Shown: positions 19,093 to 27,781 of the stretch, in pieces | Layout: each line of letters begins with the position of its first letter | Numbering within the stretch: the stretch's first letter is position 1 | Program-made: the position numbers and the translations under genes | Notes under the pieces: generated by a model | What the model was told of the DNA's origin: nothing | Databases searched by the model: none | What the model saw: only the letters and a program-made list of their open reading frames with translations | Origin: Anaerovoracaceae bacterium | GTDB lineage: Bacteria > Bacillota_I > Bacilli_A > Erysipelotrichales > Erysipelotrichaceae | NCBI GenBank assembly: GCA_963606005.1 | Contig: CAVCVO010000054.1 | Span: 1,988 to 65,987, forward strand | Length of the DNA: 64,000 nt | Direction of reading: 5' to 3'

Positions 19093-19443
19093 ATGATGAA
19101 ACAAAAACTATGGGACAAATATGAAGCAGCATTACTACTAAAATACGCTTTAAAAGTTGACAGAGGAGAGCTTGATCGTAAAGAGGCAATTACATTTGTG
19201 TCAGAAACTTTAAGAAGAAGAGCTAAGCTTCAAGGTGAACAGATTGATGATGTTTTTAGAAATACAAATGGTATTTCCATGCAGATGATGGCTATTTTAG
19301 ATTGTTACCATAAAATTGGTAGATGGGGTAATGTTTCATATCTGTTTAATGAAGTGATCGAGTGTTACAGGAAAGATCCTAATTCGTTAGATGCTATTTT
19401 AAGTGAAGATGAAACACTGAAAAGAATATACGTTGTTTTATAA
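19093..19443 (+). CDS. small hypothetical protein (116 aa), last gene of the NERD trio
   Basis: The ORF starts 8 nt after the previous stop and is followed by a strong terminator. No confident family assignment. Confidence 0.45.
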   Translation: MMKQKLWDKYEAALLLKYALKVDRGELDRKEAITFVSETLRRRAKLQGEQIDDVFRNTNGISMQMMAILDCYHKIGRWGNVSYLFNEVIECYRKDPNSLDAILSEDETLKRIYVVL

Positions 19444-19450
19444 GCTTATG

Positions 19451-19492
19451 AAAAGCACTGTTAAATATTGTGAGGTAAGTAACAGTGCTTTT
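19451..19492. terminator. bidirectional terminator
   Basis: 12-bp perfect stem AAAAGCACTGTT/AACAGTGCTTTT between convergent genes. Confidence 0.7.
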
Positions 19493-19495
19493 AGT

Positions 19496-20686
19496 TTAGT
19501 CTGTGTAATTATCGAAATAGCCTTGTATGTAGATGAATGGTGTACCTTTATCACCTGAACCAGATGTTAAGTCACATAGTGAACCTAAGAGGTCTGTTAG
19601 TCTTCTAGGGGTTGTTCCTTCGGTCTTCATTTGTCCTACTAGGTTAGCATCTTTTTCTTTGATGGCTTTTTCTATGGCTTGTTTTAACTCTTTACCTTGT
19701 AAGTTACCAAATTCATTGTCTGCCATATATTTTAGCTTTAGTTCATTTGGCTGACCTACTAGTCCTGAAGTATAGCCTGGTGAGACTACTGGATCGGCTA
19801 ATTCCCAGATCTTGCCTACAGGATCTTTGAATGCTCCATCACCATAGATCATTACTTCTATTGTTTTGCCTGTGCGTTCTTTGATATCTTTTTGGACTGT
19901 CTCGACAAATTCTTGACAATGGATTGGGAAGAGTTTGATCGTATCTTCGGTTGCTTTGTTTGAACCTAGTATACCATAGTTAGGATTATAACCAGAGCCA
20001 TTTACTGAGCTTGTTAGTAAGTCATCTAATCCTAAGACAACACTTGCTCCTGCTTGCTTGATCAGACGTTTTGATCTAGTGCGAGTGTGTATGTCACAAC
20101 AGATGACTTTGTCAGTATATTCAACGATCTTTCTTGGATTATTAGCAAATATGATCTCTGCTTCTGCTCCTTGTTCTTCGATTAGTGACTTGTAGTAGTT
20201 AACATAATCTACACCTGTGAAGGTATGTTTTGATCTGCCAAAGATGTTTTCAAATTGTTGTTGGGTTAATACATCTGTATAAGGATTAATACCTTTTTCA
20301 TCAAGTAAGTCAAGATCAAGTAAGTGATTACCTACTTCATCACTTGGATAACTTAGCATTAATACAATTTTCTTTGCTGCTCTAGCAATGCCTTTTAAGC
20401 ATATCGCAAAACGATTTCTGCTTAATATTGGAAATACTAGTCCAATAGTATCTTCACCTAGTTTGTTTTTAACATCTGCTGCTAATTGATCGATAGTAGC
20501 ATAGTTGTTTTGGGCTCTAGCTAAGATGGATTCAGTTATTGCTAAGACATCTTTGTTTCCTATTTGGAAGTCATTATTGTTGATACAATCCATAAGTGTA
20601 TCAACTACGATCTTTTCTAAATTATCACCACTTTTGATGATTGGGGCACGTAAGCCACGAGAAATAGTTCCGATTCTTCTAGTCAT
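19496..20686 (-). CDS. CofE-like (F420-0:gamma-glutamyl ligase family) protein
   Basis: 'MTRRIGTISRGLRAPIIKSGDNL' and the overall layout resemble the CofE-like proteins found in Firmicutes. Start is set at ATG 20686 (GGAG upstream) rather than 20755. Confidence 0.55.
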   Translation of the reverse strand: MTRRIGTISRGLRAPIIKSGDNLEKIVVDTLMDCINNNDFQIGNKDVLAITESILARAQNNYATIDQLAADVKNKLGEDTIGLVFPILSRNRFAICLKGIARAAKKIVLMLSYPSDEVGNHLLDLDLLDEKGINPYTDVLTQQQFENIFGRSKHTFTGVDYVNYYKSLIEEQGAEAEIIFANNPRKIVEYTDKVICCDIHTRTRSKRLIKQAGASVVLGLDDLLTSSVNGSGYNPNYGILGSNKATEDTIKLFPIHCQEFVETVQKDIKERTGKTIEVMIYGDGAFKDPVGKIWELADPVVSPGYTSGLVGQPNELKLKYMADNEFGNLQGKELKQAIEKAIKEKDANLVGQMKTEGTTPRRLTDLLGSLCDLTSGSGDKGTPFIYIQGYFDNYTD

Positions 20687-20937
20687 AAAAATCTCCTTTG
20701 AATCTGTTGATGTAGATTTGTGTTTATAACAAGTTTCTACAACTAAGTATATCATAAAATATATGGACTGTATTCTTTTAATATGCTGCTTTGTAATGAT
20801 AATGCTATCATTAGATTTTTTTCTTGTGTGTTAGTGGATATTGCTTTTCAACGCAAAAAAAAGTTAATTTGGGGTGTGTTAATATACGCTAAAAAGGAAT
20901 ATACTAGTCTTAAAATAAAAATAGAGGTACGAAATGT

Positions 20938-21354
20938 ATGACAAAATATCTGTTTGCTAGTCATGGTGAGTTTGCCAAAGGGACTGCAAGTTTTCTAAAA
21001 ATATTAGTAGGTGTAAAAGAAAATGTCTTCACTTTAAACGCTTTCTTAGATGAGAAGAGTGTTGATGTGTTAGTTAAAAACAAATTAGATGAGATCGGTG
21101 AGTTTGATCAGTTGATTGTTTTCTGTGATATCTATGGTGGTAGTGTTTGTCAAGAAGTATTTAGACAGACTGCTACTTTAAATAAGAATATCCATATCAT
21201 TGCTGGTTATAACTTAGCACTAGTCATGGAGATATTGACTCGTGACGAAGTTTTATCTAAGGAAGAGATATTAGATATCATTGAGCAATCTAAGGATACT
21301 ATCAAGTATGTTGAATTAGATCAGCAAGAAGAAAATGACGATGAGTTATTTTAG
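20938..21354 (+). CDS. PTS mannose-family EIIA
   Basis: 'KYLFASHGEFAKG' is the N-terminal phospho-His motif. 138 aa. First gene of locus B. Confidence 0.8.
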   Translation: MTKYLFASHGEFAKGTASFLKILVGVKENVFTLNAFLDEKSVDVLVKNKLDEIGEFDQLIVFCDIYGGSVCQEVFRQTATLNKNIHIIAGYNLALVMEILTRDEVLSKEEILDIIEQSKDTIKYVELDQQEENDDELF

Positions 21355-21368
21355 AAAGGATAAATTAT

Positions 21369-21854
21369 ATGATCGAATTATTGAGAATTGATGAGAGATT
21401 GATCCATGGTCAGGTTGCTAACCAGTGGGCTAGGCAATTGAATGTGGATGCGATCGTTGTCGCTAATGATGCGGCAGCAACTAATGATCTTGTTAAAGCT
21501 TCATTAAAGATGGCTGCTCCACAAGGTAAAAAAGTTGTTGTTAAGAAGGTTGAGGATGCTATTAAGACTTTAAATGATCCTCGTGCTAACAATATGTCTA
21601 TTTTTGTTGTTGTAGATAATCCTAGTGATTGCTTAAAGATCGTAGAAAATGTTAAGGGTGTTCCTTATGTAAATGTGGGTAATTTCGGACGTGTTGGTTT
21701 CGATAAGGCTCAAAGAAAAGAGTACACTAACTGTCTTTATGCTAATGATCAAGAGGTAGAGATCTTTAAGAAGATCATGGCTACTGGTATTGAATGTGAA
21801 TGCAGAATCTTGCCTTCTGATGTTAAGACATCACTAGCAAGTGTTCTTAAATAA
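21369..21854 (+). CDS. PTS mannose-family EIIB
   Basis: 'IDERLIHGQVANQW' phospho-His loop. Confidence 0.9.
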   Translation: MIELLRIDERLIHGQVANQWARQLNVDAIVVANDAAATNDLVKASLKMAAPQGKKVVVKKVEDAIKTLNDPRANNMSIFVVVDNPSDCLKIVENVKGVPYVNVGNFGRVGFDKAQRKEYTNCLYANDQEVEIFKKIMATGIECECRILPSDVKTSLASVLK

Positions 21855-21878
21855 AAATATGGGAGGAGAAAATTATTT

Positions 21879-22670
21879 ATGAGTATGCTGCAAACTGCAT
21901 TGACTCTTGCGATCGCTAACTACTTATGGTGTTTGTTAGATAACTTTTTCGCATGGGATGCAACTTGGAGACCATTGTTCTTTGGATGGTTAACAGGATT
22001 ATTATTAGGAGATCCTACTACAGGACTTGTTATGGGTGCTAAACTAGAAGCTTTATACATGGGTATATCTTCTATTGGTGGTGTTCAAGCTTCTGATGCT
22101 TGCTTTGGTACAGTATTCCCAGTTACTTGGGTAATCACTACTGGTGCCAATATGGATGCTGCTTTAGCATTAGCTGTTCCAGTAGGAACATTATTAGATT
22201 ATGTCAACCAATTGACTAGTCCTATTGGTATTGCTCTATTAGGTGTTTATGAAAAACAAGCTGCTGACAATAATCAAAAAGCTTATAGTATCATTCACTG
22301 GATCTATGTATTAGTCGTTGCACCATTACCTAGAACAATCGTATTATTCTTAACTATCTATTTAGGTGTTGGTAACCTTGATAACTTTACTGCTTCTATG
22401 CCTGAATGGTTGATCCATGGCTTAAGTGTATCAAGTGGTATGTTAAGTGCAGTCGGATTTGGTATCTTAACTTCAATGATCTGGTCACCAAAACTTGGTA
22501 TTTTCTTCTTTGTTGGTTTCGCTATGGCTGAATTCTTAGAATTACCAACTATCGCTATCGCAATATTTGCTTTAGCTATCGCAATGTTCTACTTCATGAT
22601 GGATCACAAGATCGTAACTGTTGCAGAAAATGCTGGTAGTAAAAAAGATGATGAGGAGGACTTATTCTAA
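21879..22670 (+). CDS. PTS mannose-family EIIC
   Basis: Polytopic membrane protein between EIIB and EIID. GGGAGGAG RBS. Confidence 0.85.
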   Translation: MSMLQTALTLAIANYLWCLLDNFFAWDATWRPLFFGWLTGLLLGDPTTGLVMGAKLEALYMGISSIGGVQASDACFGTVFPVTWVITTGANMDAALALAVPVGTLLDYVNQLTSPIGIALLGVYEKQAADNNQKAYSIIHWIYVLVVAPLPRTIVLFLTIYLGVGNLDNFTASMPEWLIHGLSVSSGMLSAVGFGILTSMIWSPKLGIFFFVGFAMAEFLELPTIAIAIFALAIAMFYFMMDHKIVTVAENAGSKKDDEEDLF

Positions 22671-23497
22671 TGAAAACTAAAAAAGAATTAACCCCTATTG
22701 AAAAGAAAAATTTAAGAAAGATCTTCTGGAGATCTGGTCAGATGTGGGCTGATTTCACAATGGTTAAGATGGAAGGTAATACATATGCTTATGCTATGTT
22801 ACCAGTTATCAATGAAGTATATGCTGGAAATGAAGAGTTACAAAAAGAAGCATTTGTTCGTAATACAGAATTCTTCAATACTCATGCTGCTGCTGCAGGA
22901 CTAGTATTTGGTTTATCTTATGCCTTAGAGAGAGAAAGATCTAAGGATCCTGAAGCTTTACCTGGTGAGTTCATCACTAATATCAAGACTTCATTAATGG
23001 GTCCATTAGCTGCTATTGGTGATTCTATCTTCTTCAACTGTATCCGTGTTATCGCTGCAGGTGTTGGTATCTCATTAGCTTCTCAAGGTAATCCATTAGG
23101 TGTATTAATGTTTGTCTTGATCTATGGTGGTACTTTCTTGACTACTAAGTGGTTATTATTGAATTTGGGTTATACCGTTGGTACTGATGCTATCGCTAAA
23201 GTATTTAAGTCAGGTATCATTGGCTCATTATCAGATGCTGCTTGTATCATGGGTCTTATCATGGTAGGCTCACTTGTATCTTCAATGGTTGATATTTCTA
23301 TTCCACTTGTAATCCCTATGGGTGCTGGTGCCGAAATGGAAGTTCAAGCTATCTTTGATGGTATCATGCCTGGTATGTTAAAGCTTGTCTTATTATTTGC
23401 TATCGTTGGTCTTGTTCGTAAGAAAGTTAAACCTATTTGGATCATCTTTGGTATCTTAGTAATATCTGTCATTGGTGCAGCTATTGGTTTATTCTAA
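22670..23497 (+). CDS. PTS mannose-family EIID
   Basis: 'SLMGPLAAIGDSIFF' signature. TAATG stop/start overlap with EIIC. Confidence 0.85.
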   Translation: MKTKKELTPIEKKNLRKIFWRSGQMWADFTMVKMEGNTYAYAMLPVINEVYAGNEELQKEAFVRNTEFFNTHAAAAGLVFGLSYALERERSKDPEALPGEFITNIKTSLMGPLAAIGDSIFFNCIRVIAAGVGISLASQGNPLGVLMFVLIYGGTFLTTKWLLLNLGYTVGTDAIAKVFKSGIIGSLSDAACIMGLIMVGSLVSSMVDISIPLVIPMGAGAEMEVQAIFDGIMPGMLKLVLLFAIVGLVRKKVKPIWIIFGILVISVIGAAIGLF

Positions 23498-23498
23498 T

Positions 23499-24698
23499 AT
23501 GAAATATTTAAAATCTAGTAAGATCTATTTTGAAGATGGCGTTAGATCTGGTTATTTAGTCATTGATGGTAAAAAGATCGTTGGATATCTTGATGATAGT
23601 GCTAAAGTAGAAGATTATGAAGATTACAAGGATAATAGGATCATTCCTGGCATCTGTGATACTCATAATCATGGTACTTATGGCTATTCTTTAGATTCAA
23701 CTTTTGATGGTGATGAAGAAAAGATCAAAGAGAACATCCGTAATTATCTTCATTGCTTGACTTATGAAGGAGTAACTTCTGGTTTTCCTACAGTTGTTGA
23801 TACTATCAAACAACTTGCTGAAGTAGCAAAAGAAGGTAACTATAATGGTATCAGCGTCTTAGGAATTCATGCTGAAGGACCATATTTATCAAGAGTTGGT
23901 GAAAATGGTCGCCCTGAGCCTCATCCACCTGTTGATATGGACTTTGTTAAGAGTATGTGGGAAGACTCACAAGGCTTATTGTCTCTAGTAGCAATGGCAC
24001 CAGAGATTGAAGATAGCGATAAAGCTGCTAAGTATCTTTTATCAAAAGGTGTTAGATTGGCTTTTGCTCATAGTGATCTAAAGATGGCAGGAGCTAGAAA
24101 AGCTATTGATGATGGCTATAGTGTAGCTACTCATACTTCTAATGTCATGGTAGGAATTCATCATCGTGATATTGGTGGCTTAGGTGTCATGCTTGATGAT
24201 GATAGAGTACAATGCGAGATCATCTGTGATGGCTTGCATAATTGCTTAGAGTGGGTCAAGTTGATGCTAAAGATGAAATCTCATGATAAGTTCATGATGA
24301 TTTCAGATTCAGTCTCACTTGCTGGTCAAGCAGTTGGTAGGTACGATACTCATGAAGGTGGAATACCATTAAATATCACACCAGAAGGTTTCGCTAAAGA
24401 TGATGATGGTAGATTATGTGGTTCTACTAAATCAGTATTATATGGTATCAGTAACTTGGTAGAAAAGTTACATATGCCACTAGAAGAAGTTATTAAACTT
24501 TCTAGTTTAAATGCTTGCACATTCTATGGTTTTGGTGATACTAAAGGTTCTATTAAGATCGGTAAAGATGCTGATATAGTTGTCATTTCTGATGATTATA
24601 AAGCTTTAGCTACTTATGTTGAAGGAACAAAGGTATTTGATCGTAAGACAGAAACACCAACATATAATCCTCATCCAAAGGAAACTAGGATCGATTAA
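23499..24698 (+). CDS. NagA-like amidohydrolase (N-acetyl-hexosamine-6-phosphate deacetylase family)
   Basis: 'IPGICDTHNHG' is the HxH metal site, with 'GIHAEGPYLS' and 'AHSD' motifs. ATG 23499 follows the EIID stop by 1 nt. Confidence 0.7.
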   Translation: MKYLKSSKIYFEDGVRSGYLVIDGKKIVGYLDDSAKVEDYEDYKDNRIIPGICDTHNHGTYGYSLDSTFDGDEEKIKENIRNYLHCLTYEGVTSGFPTVVDTIKQLAEVAKEGNYNGISVLGIHAEGPYLSRVGENGRPEPHPPVDMDFVKSMWEDSQGLLSLVAMAPEIEDSDKAAKYLLSKGVRLAFAHSDLKMAGARKAIDDGYSVATHTSNVMVGIHHRDIGGLGVMLDDDRVQCEIICDGLHNCLEWVKLMLKMKSHDKFMMISDSVSLAGQAVGRYDTHEGGIPLNITPEGFAKDDDGRLCGSTKSVLYGISNLVEKLHMPLEEVIKLSSLNACTFYGFGDTKGSIKIGKDADIVVISDDYKALATYVEGTKVFDRKTETPTYNPHPKETRID

Positions 24699-24707
24699 TA
24701 AAAAAAT

Positions 24708-24732
24708 AAGGAGCGTTGATTCGCTCCTTTAG
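24708..24732. terminator. bidirectional terminator
   Basis: Stem AAGGAGCG/CGCTCCTT between the convergent NagA-like and SIS genes. Confidence 0.7.
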
Positions 24733-24735
24733 TGT

Positions 24736-25455
24736 TTAGAAGTGTTTAACTCTTCCTTCAAAGTGTTTGTAGATTGCATCATTATCGAAACCATCGACAT
24801 TTTGTGATTGGAAGACATATGGTCTCTTACCATGAGATACTACGATCTTTATTGCCTCGGAAATGATGGTATTTACTAGTGCCATAGTTACTATTGAACT
24901 TGCTGGTCCTGTCTTGATGCCATCGATATCAAGTGTTGCATCACCTGATGGTATACAACTATCAATTACGCAATCAACACATTCGAATAGGCGTTTGCCA
25001 CTTGGATGTCTGCTGGTTGCATTTTTTGATTGTTCTAAGTTAGTTAGAGCAATACAGTAGATGCCTTCTTTTTGACAACGCATTGCCATCTCAATTGGAA
25101 CAGCATTTCTGCCAGAGTTAGAAGTGATGATGACGATATCACCTTTTTCGATCTTATAGCTATCATAGATAATATCAGCTAGTCCTGGTAGTTTCTCTAG
25201 GGCACAACTTCTTTGAGCACCATTTGATGTTAAGACATCAGGATCTAACATTGCATCGACATTGCCTAAGCCACCAGCTCTAGCAAACATTTCAATACCT
25301 AACATGTGAGAATGACCTGTTCCAAAAGTGTGGATGACTTTGTCATTTTCAATGTTTTCTGCAAACTTTTCTGCGACTACTTTGATCGTTTCTTCGTTTT
25401 TCTCTATTGCTTGCTTGATACAAGCTAAGATCTTTTCTTCATATTCAAAACTCAT
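24736..25455 (-). CDS. single-SIS-domain protein (UPF0309-like), paralogue 3
   Basis: 'HTFGTGHSHMLGIEMFARAGGL', 'ITSNSGRNAVPIEMA' and 'SRHPSGKRLF'. Start is set at ATG 25455 (AGGAAGGA RBS). Confidence 0.75.
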   Translation of the reverse strand: MSFEYEEKILACIKQAIEKNEETIKVVAEKFAENIENDKVIHTFGTGHSHMLGIEMFARAGGLGNVDAMLDPDVLTSNGAQRSCALEKLPGLADIIYDSYKIEKGDIVIITSNSGRNAVPIEMAMRCQKEGIYCIALTNLEQSKNATSRHPSGKRLFECVDCVIDSCIPSGDATLDIDGIKTGPASSIVTMALVNTIISEAIKIVVSHGKRPYVFQSQNVDGFDNDAIYKHFEGRVKHF

Positions 25456-25459
25456 ATTT

Positions 25460-26188
25460 TTATATCCTTCCTTTATATTTTTCATTTAATTGATCATCAT
25501 GTGTTTTATCGCCGTTATATACAGGAGGAGTATATCCATGCTCTTGTAATAATTGGATAGTACGAGCACTTGCTGATTGGAACAGGGCATTGTTACAGAT
25601 TGAAGAGACAGCTGTGACTTTTTCAATACCATCACTTTCTAATAAGGCGTCACCATGTGGGCCACAATTATCTAAGACAATATCACCAAACATGTATAAC
25701 TTTTTGCCACTTGGATGACGTGACTCTTCGACCATTGTGTGTTTTAACGAAGTGATGACGATGATCTTATGGCCATGTTCTTTAGCTAAAGAGGCAAAAT
25801 CAATGCCTATACCATTAATTCCAGAATTAGAGATGACAAAGAAAATGTCAGCTGGCTTAATGTCATATAGATCATAAATGAATTGGGCAACTCCTGGCTT
25901 TCTTTCAAATGGAGTACGATTGTCAGAGAACTCTTCATAAGATACTTTATGGAAAGTAACACAATCTGATGGTTCACAAATGTGGATTGGCACTAATGAA
26001 CCAATTCTGCCTGCGACATCCATTGCACATCCTACTGAATGACCTGAACCGAAGACATGAATGACTCCTTCATTTTCAATACAGTTAGCCATTGCTTGAG
26101 AGGTAGCTTCAATGTTATCTTTTTGTGAGTTATAAAGATAATCTAATAGTTTTTCTAATTCATTTTTATATACTAGGGAATTGATCAT
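25460..26188 (-). CDS. single-SIS-domain protein (UPF0309-like), paralogue 2
   Basis: 'HVFGSGHSVGCAMDVAGRIGSL', 'ISNSGINGIGIDFA' and 'SRHPSGKKLY'. Confidence 0.75.
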   Translation of the reverse strand: MINSLVYKNELEKLLDYLYNSQKDNIEATSQAMANCIENEGVIHVFGSGHSVGCAMDVAGRIGSLVPIHICEPSDCVTFHKVSYEEFSDNRTPFERKPGVAQFIYDLYDIKPADIFFVISNSGINGIGIDFASLAKEHGHKIIVITSLKHTMVEESRHPSGKKLYMFGDIVLDNCGPHGDALLESDGIEKVTAVSSICNNALFQSASARTIQLLQEHGYTPPVYNGDKTHDDQLNEKYKGRI

Positions 26189-26910
26189 TATCTTATCCTC
26201 CTTTCGTATTTATCAGTCAAGTAGTTGTTATGAACATCGGCTCCTTTAATGTTAGCTGATAATAATACTGGTGCTTCACCATATTTTTCTTTGTAAATAC
26301 GATAGATCTCAGCATGGATCATCTGGGCTAAAGCATCTGCTACCGTAGTATGGGTCTGACAACATTTAACTCCATTGATATCTAGTGCTAGATCTGGATC
26401 AGGTGAGCACATATCAATATAAAGGTCAGCATAGTCTAATAATGTGCCATTAGCTTTATCATAAGAAGCCTTATTGATGACAGCTACTACTTTTTGTCCT
26501 TTAGCTTTGGCTCTTTTAGCAAGCTCTACTACTATTGGCTCTGATCCTGATTGAGAGATGAGACAATACATATCTCTATCATCTAATTGATACATTTCTT
26601 CCATCTTATCGATAAGAGTGATATCTTGATAGGCTTTTTTAGTAACATTGATATCCTCTTTTTCGATAATGTTCTTCATTAGTAGACCAGTCAAGTCATA
26701 TTTGTGGAAATAAGCTATACCACCTGCACGGTAGTTTAACTCATTGACAAACTCTACCCCTTGGTCAGTTCCAAATAATTGTACTGCTCCACCATTATTC
26801 ATGCATTCTGCCATCATTTCTGCTACTTTGACTACTTGTAAGTTTTGCTTGTGGTAGACTTCATCTAGGTTAGATACTAGTACAGAGAAATAATCTTTGA
26901 TCACATCCAT
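26188..26910 (-). CDS. single-SIS-domain protein (UPF0309-like, most diverged), paralogue 1
   Basis: 'QLFGTDQGVEFVNELNYRAGG' and 'ISQSGSEPIVVELA'. The conserved GHS and SRHPSGK motifs of the other two copies are not retained. Confidence 0.65.
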   Translation of the reverse strand: MDVIKDYFSVLVSNLDEVYHKQNLQVVKVAEMMAECMNNGGAVQLFGTDQGVEFVNELNYRAGGIAYFHKYDLTGLLMKNIIEKEDINVTKKAYQDITLIDKMEEMYQLDDRDMYCLISQSGSEPIVVELAKRAKAKGQKVVAVINKASYDKANGTLLDYADLYIDMCSPDPDLALDINGVKCCQTHTTVADALAQMIHAEIYRIYKEKYGEAPVLLSANIKGADVHNNYLTDKYERRIR

Positions 26911-26956
26911 AATTTTTACTTCCTTTCTTTTTGCTTATCTATCTTTACTTTTGGAA

Positions 26957-26987
26957 TTGTAAAGAAAAATGCGCATTAAAACGCATT
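26957..26987 (-). terminator. intrinsic terminator (minus strand) after the 205-aa membrane protein gene
   Basis: On the minus strand, AATGCG-TTTTAATG-CGCATT is followed by TTTTCTTT. Confidence 0.5.
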
Positions 26988-27603
26988 ATTTTTTATTTTT
27001 ATTACTTTCTTCTTCTTTTATGGCATCTTTATATGTCTTGATGACTAAGCCATTATTGTAATAACAATGAAGATAATTGAGTTTTAGCTTGTCCTCGTAT
27101 TTTTCTACTATTGGCATAAGATTAGGACTCATTTGAATTAATGAGTTAGGTATTATAAAGATCTCTTGTGGCTTATTAGGATCATAAGTCACATATACAT
27201 TACCTTGAGGGATCTCTCGCTGTTCTAGAGCAAACTTTTCTATACAGGTAGTTGAGAAACAGTTTAGATCTTGATCATAAACTTTTAGTTCAACATTCCA
27301 TAAGAAGTATTTATTGAACTTGCTGTCTCTGATAAGTCTATTACCTGTAGCTTTAGTGATGGTTGCTAGAGCGATATTGTTGGCTTTGACCATCTTTTCT
27401 ACTTTTCTTTGAGCAGCATGTAAATCATAATCGGCAAATAGTAATAAGACTACAAGTGATATTAATATATAGATAATTCCATAGGTATAAACTTTATCGC
27501 CTAACTGTTGATGATTGAATAAAATGTAAATGATGAATGATAGACTGGCAACTATGATTAGTGATAAAAATAGTGATGCCCTTTTGAATATTTTTAATTG
27601 CAT
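26986..27603 (-). CDS. membrane protein, two N-terminal TM helices plus a soluble C-terminal domain (DUF3592-like?)
   Basis: Two hydrophobic segments, then a beta-rich region ending 'GNVYVTYDPNKPQEI'. Confidence 0.45.
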   Translation of the reverse strand: MQLKIFKRASLFLSLIIVASLSFIIYILFNHQQLGDKVYTYGIIYILISLVVLLLFADYDLHAAQRKVEKMVKANNIALATITKATGNRLIRDSKFNKYFLWNVELKVYDQDLNCFSTTCIEKFALEQREIPQGNVYVTYDPNKPQEIFIIPNSLIQMSPNLMPIVEKYEDKLKLNYLHCYYNNGLVIKTYKDAIKEEESNKNKK

Positions 27604-27662
27604 AACTTTGCACCTCTTCTAAAAATATTATAACTTACTTTTTAGAGAAGTGAGAAGTAATT

Positions 27663-27676
27663 TGATACCGTTTTCA
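27663..27676 (+). promoter_or_regulatory. cre-like box (one mismatch)
   Basis: TGATACCGTTTTCA compared with TGWAANCGNTNWCA; position 4 is T. Confidence 0.35.
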
Positions 27677-27717
27677 AAAAAATACAAAAATTACGGAAAA
27701 ATTGTGTGAAATTGTGG

Positions 27718-27731
27718 TGAAATCGCTTGCA
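27718..27731 (+). promoter_or_regulatory. cre-like box (one mismatch) overlapping the -35
   Basis: TGAAATCGCTTGCA compared with TGWAANCGNTNWCA; position 12 is G. Confidence 0.4.
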
Positions 27732-27755
27732 AAACGTTTTTGAATAGTTTATATT
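27727..27755 (+). promoter_or_regulatory. sigma-A promoter candidate for PTS locus C
   Basis: -35 TTGCAA (27727-27732), 17-nt spacer, -10 TATATT (27750-27755). Confidence 0.4.
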
Positions 27756-27781
27756 AGAAATGCAAGGAGGTTCATTATTAT

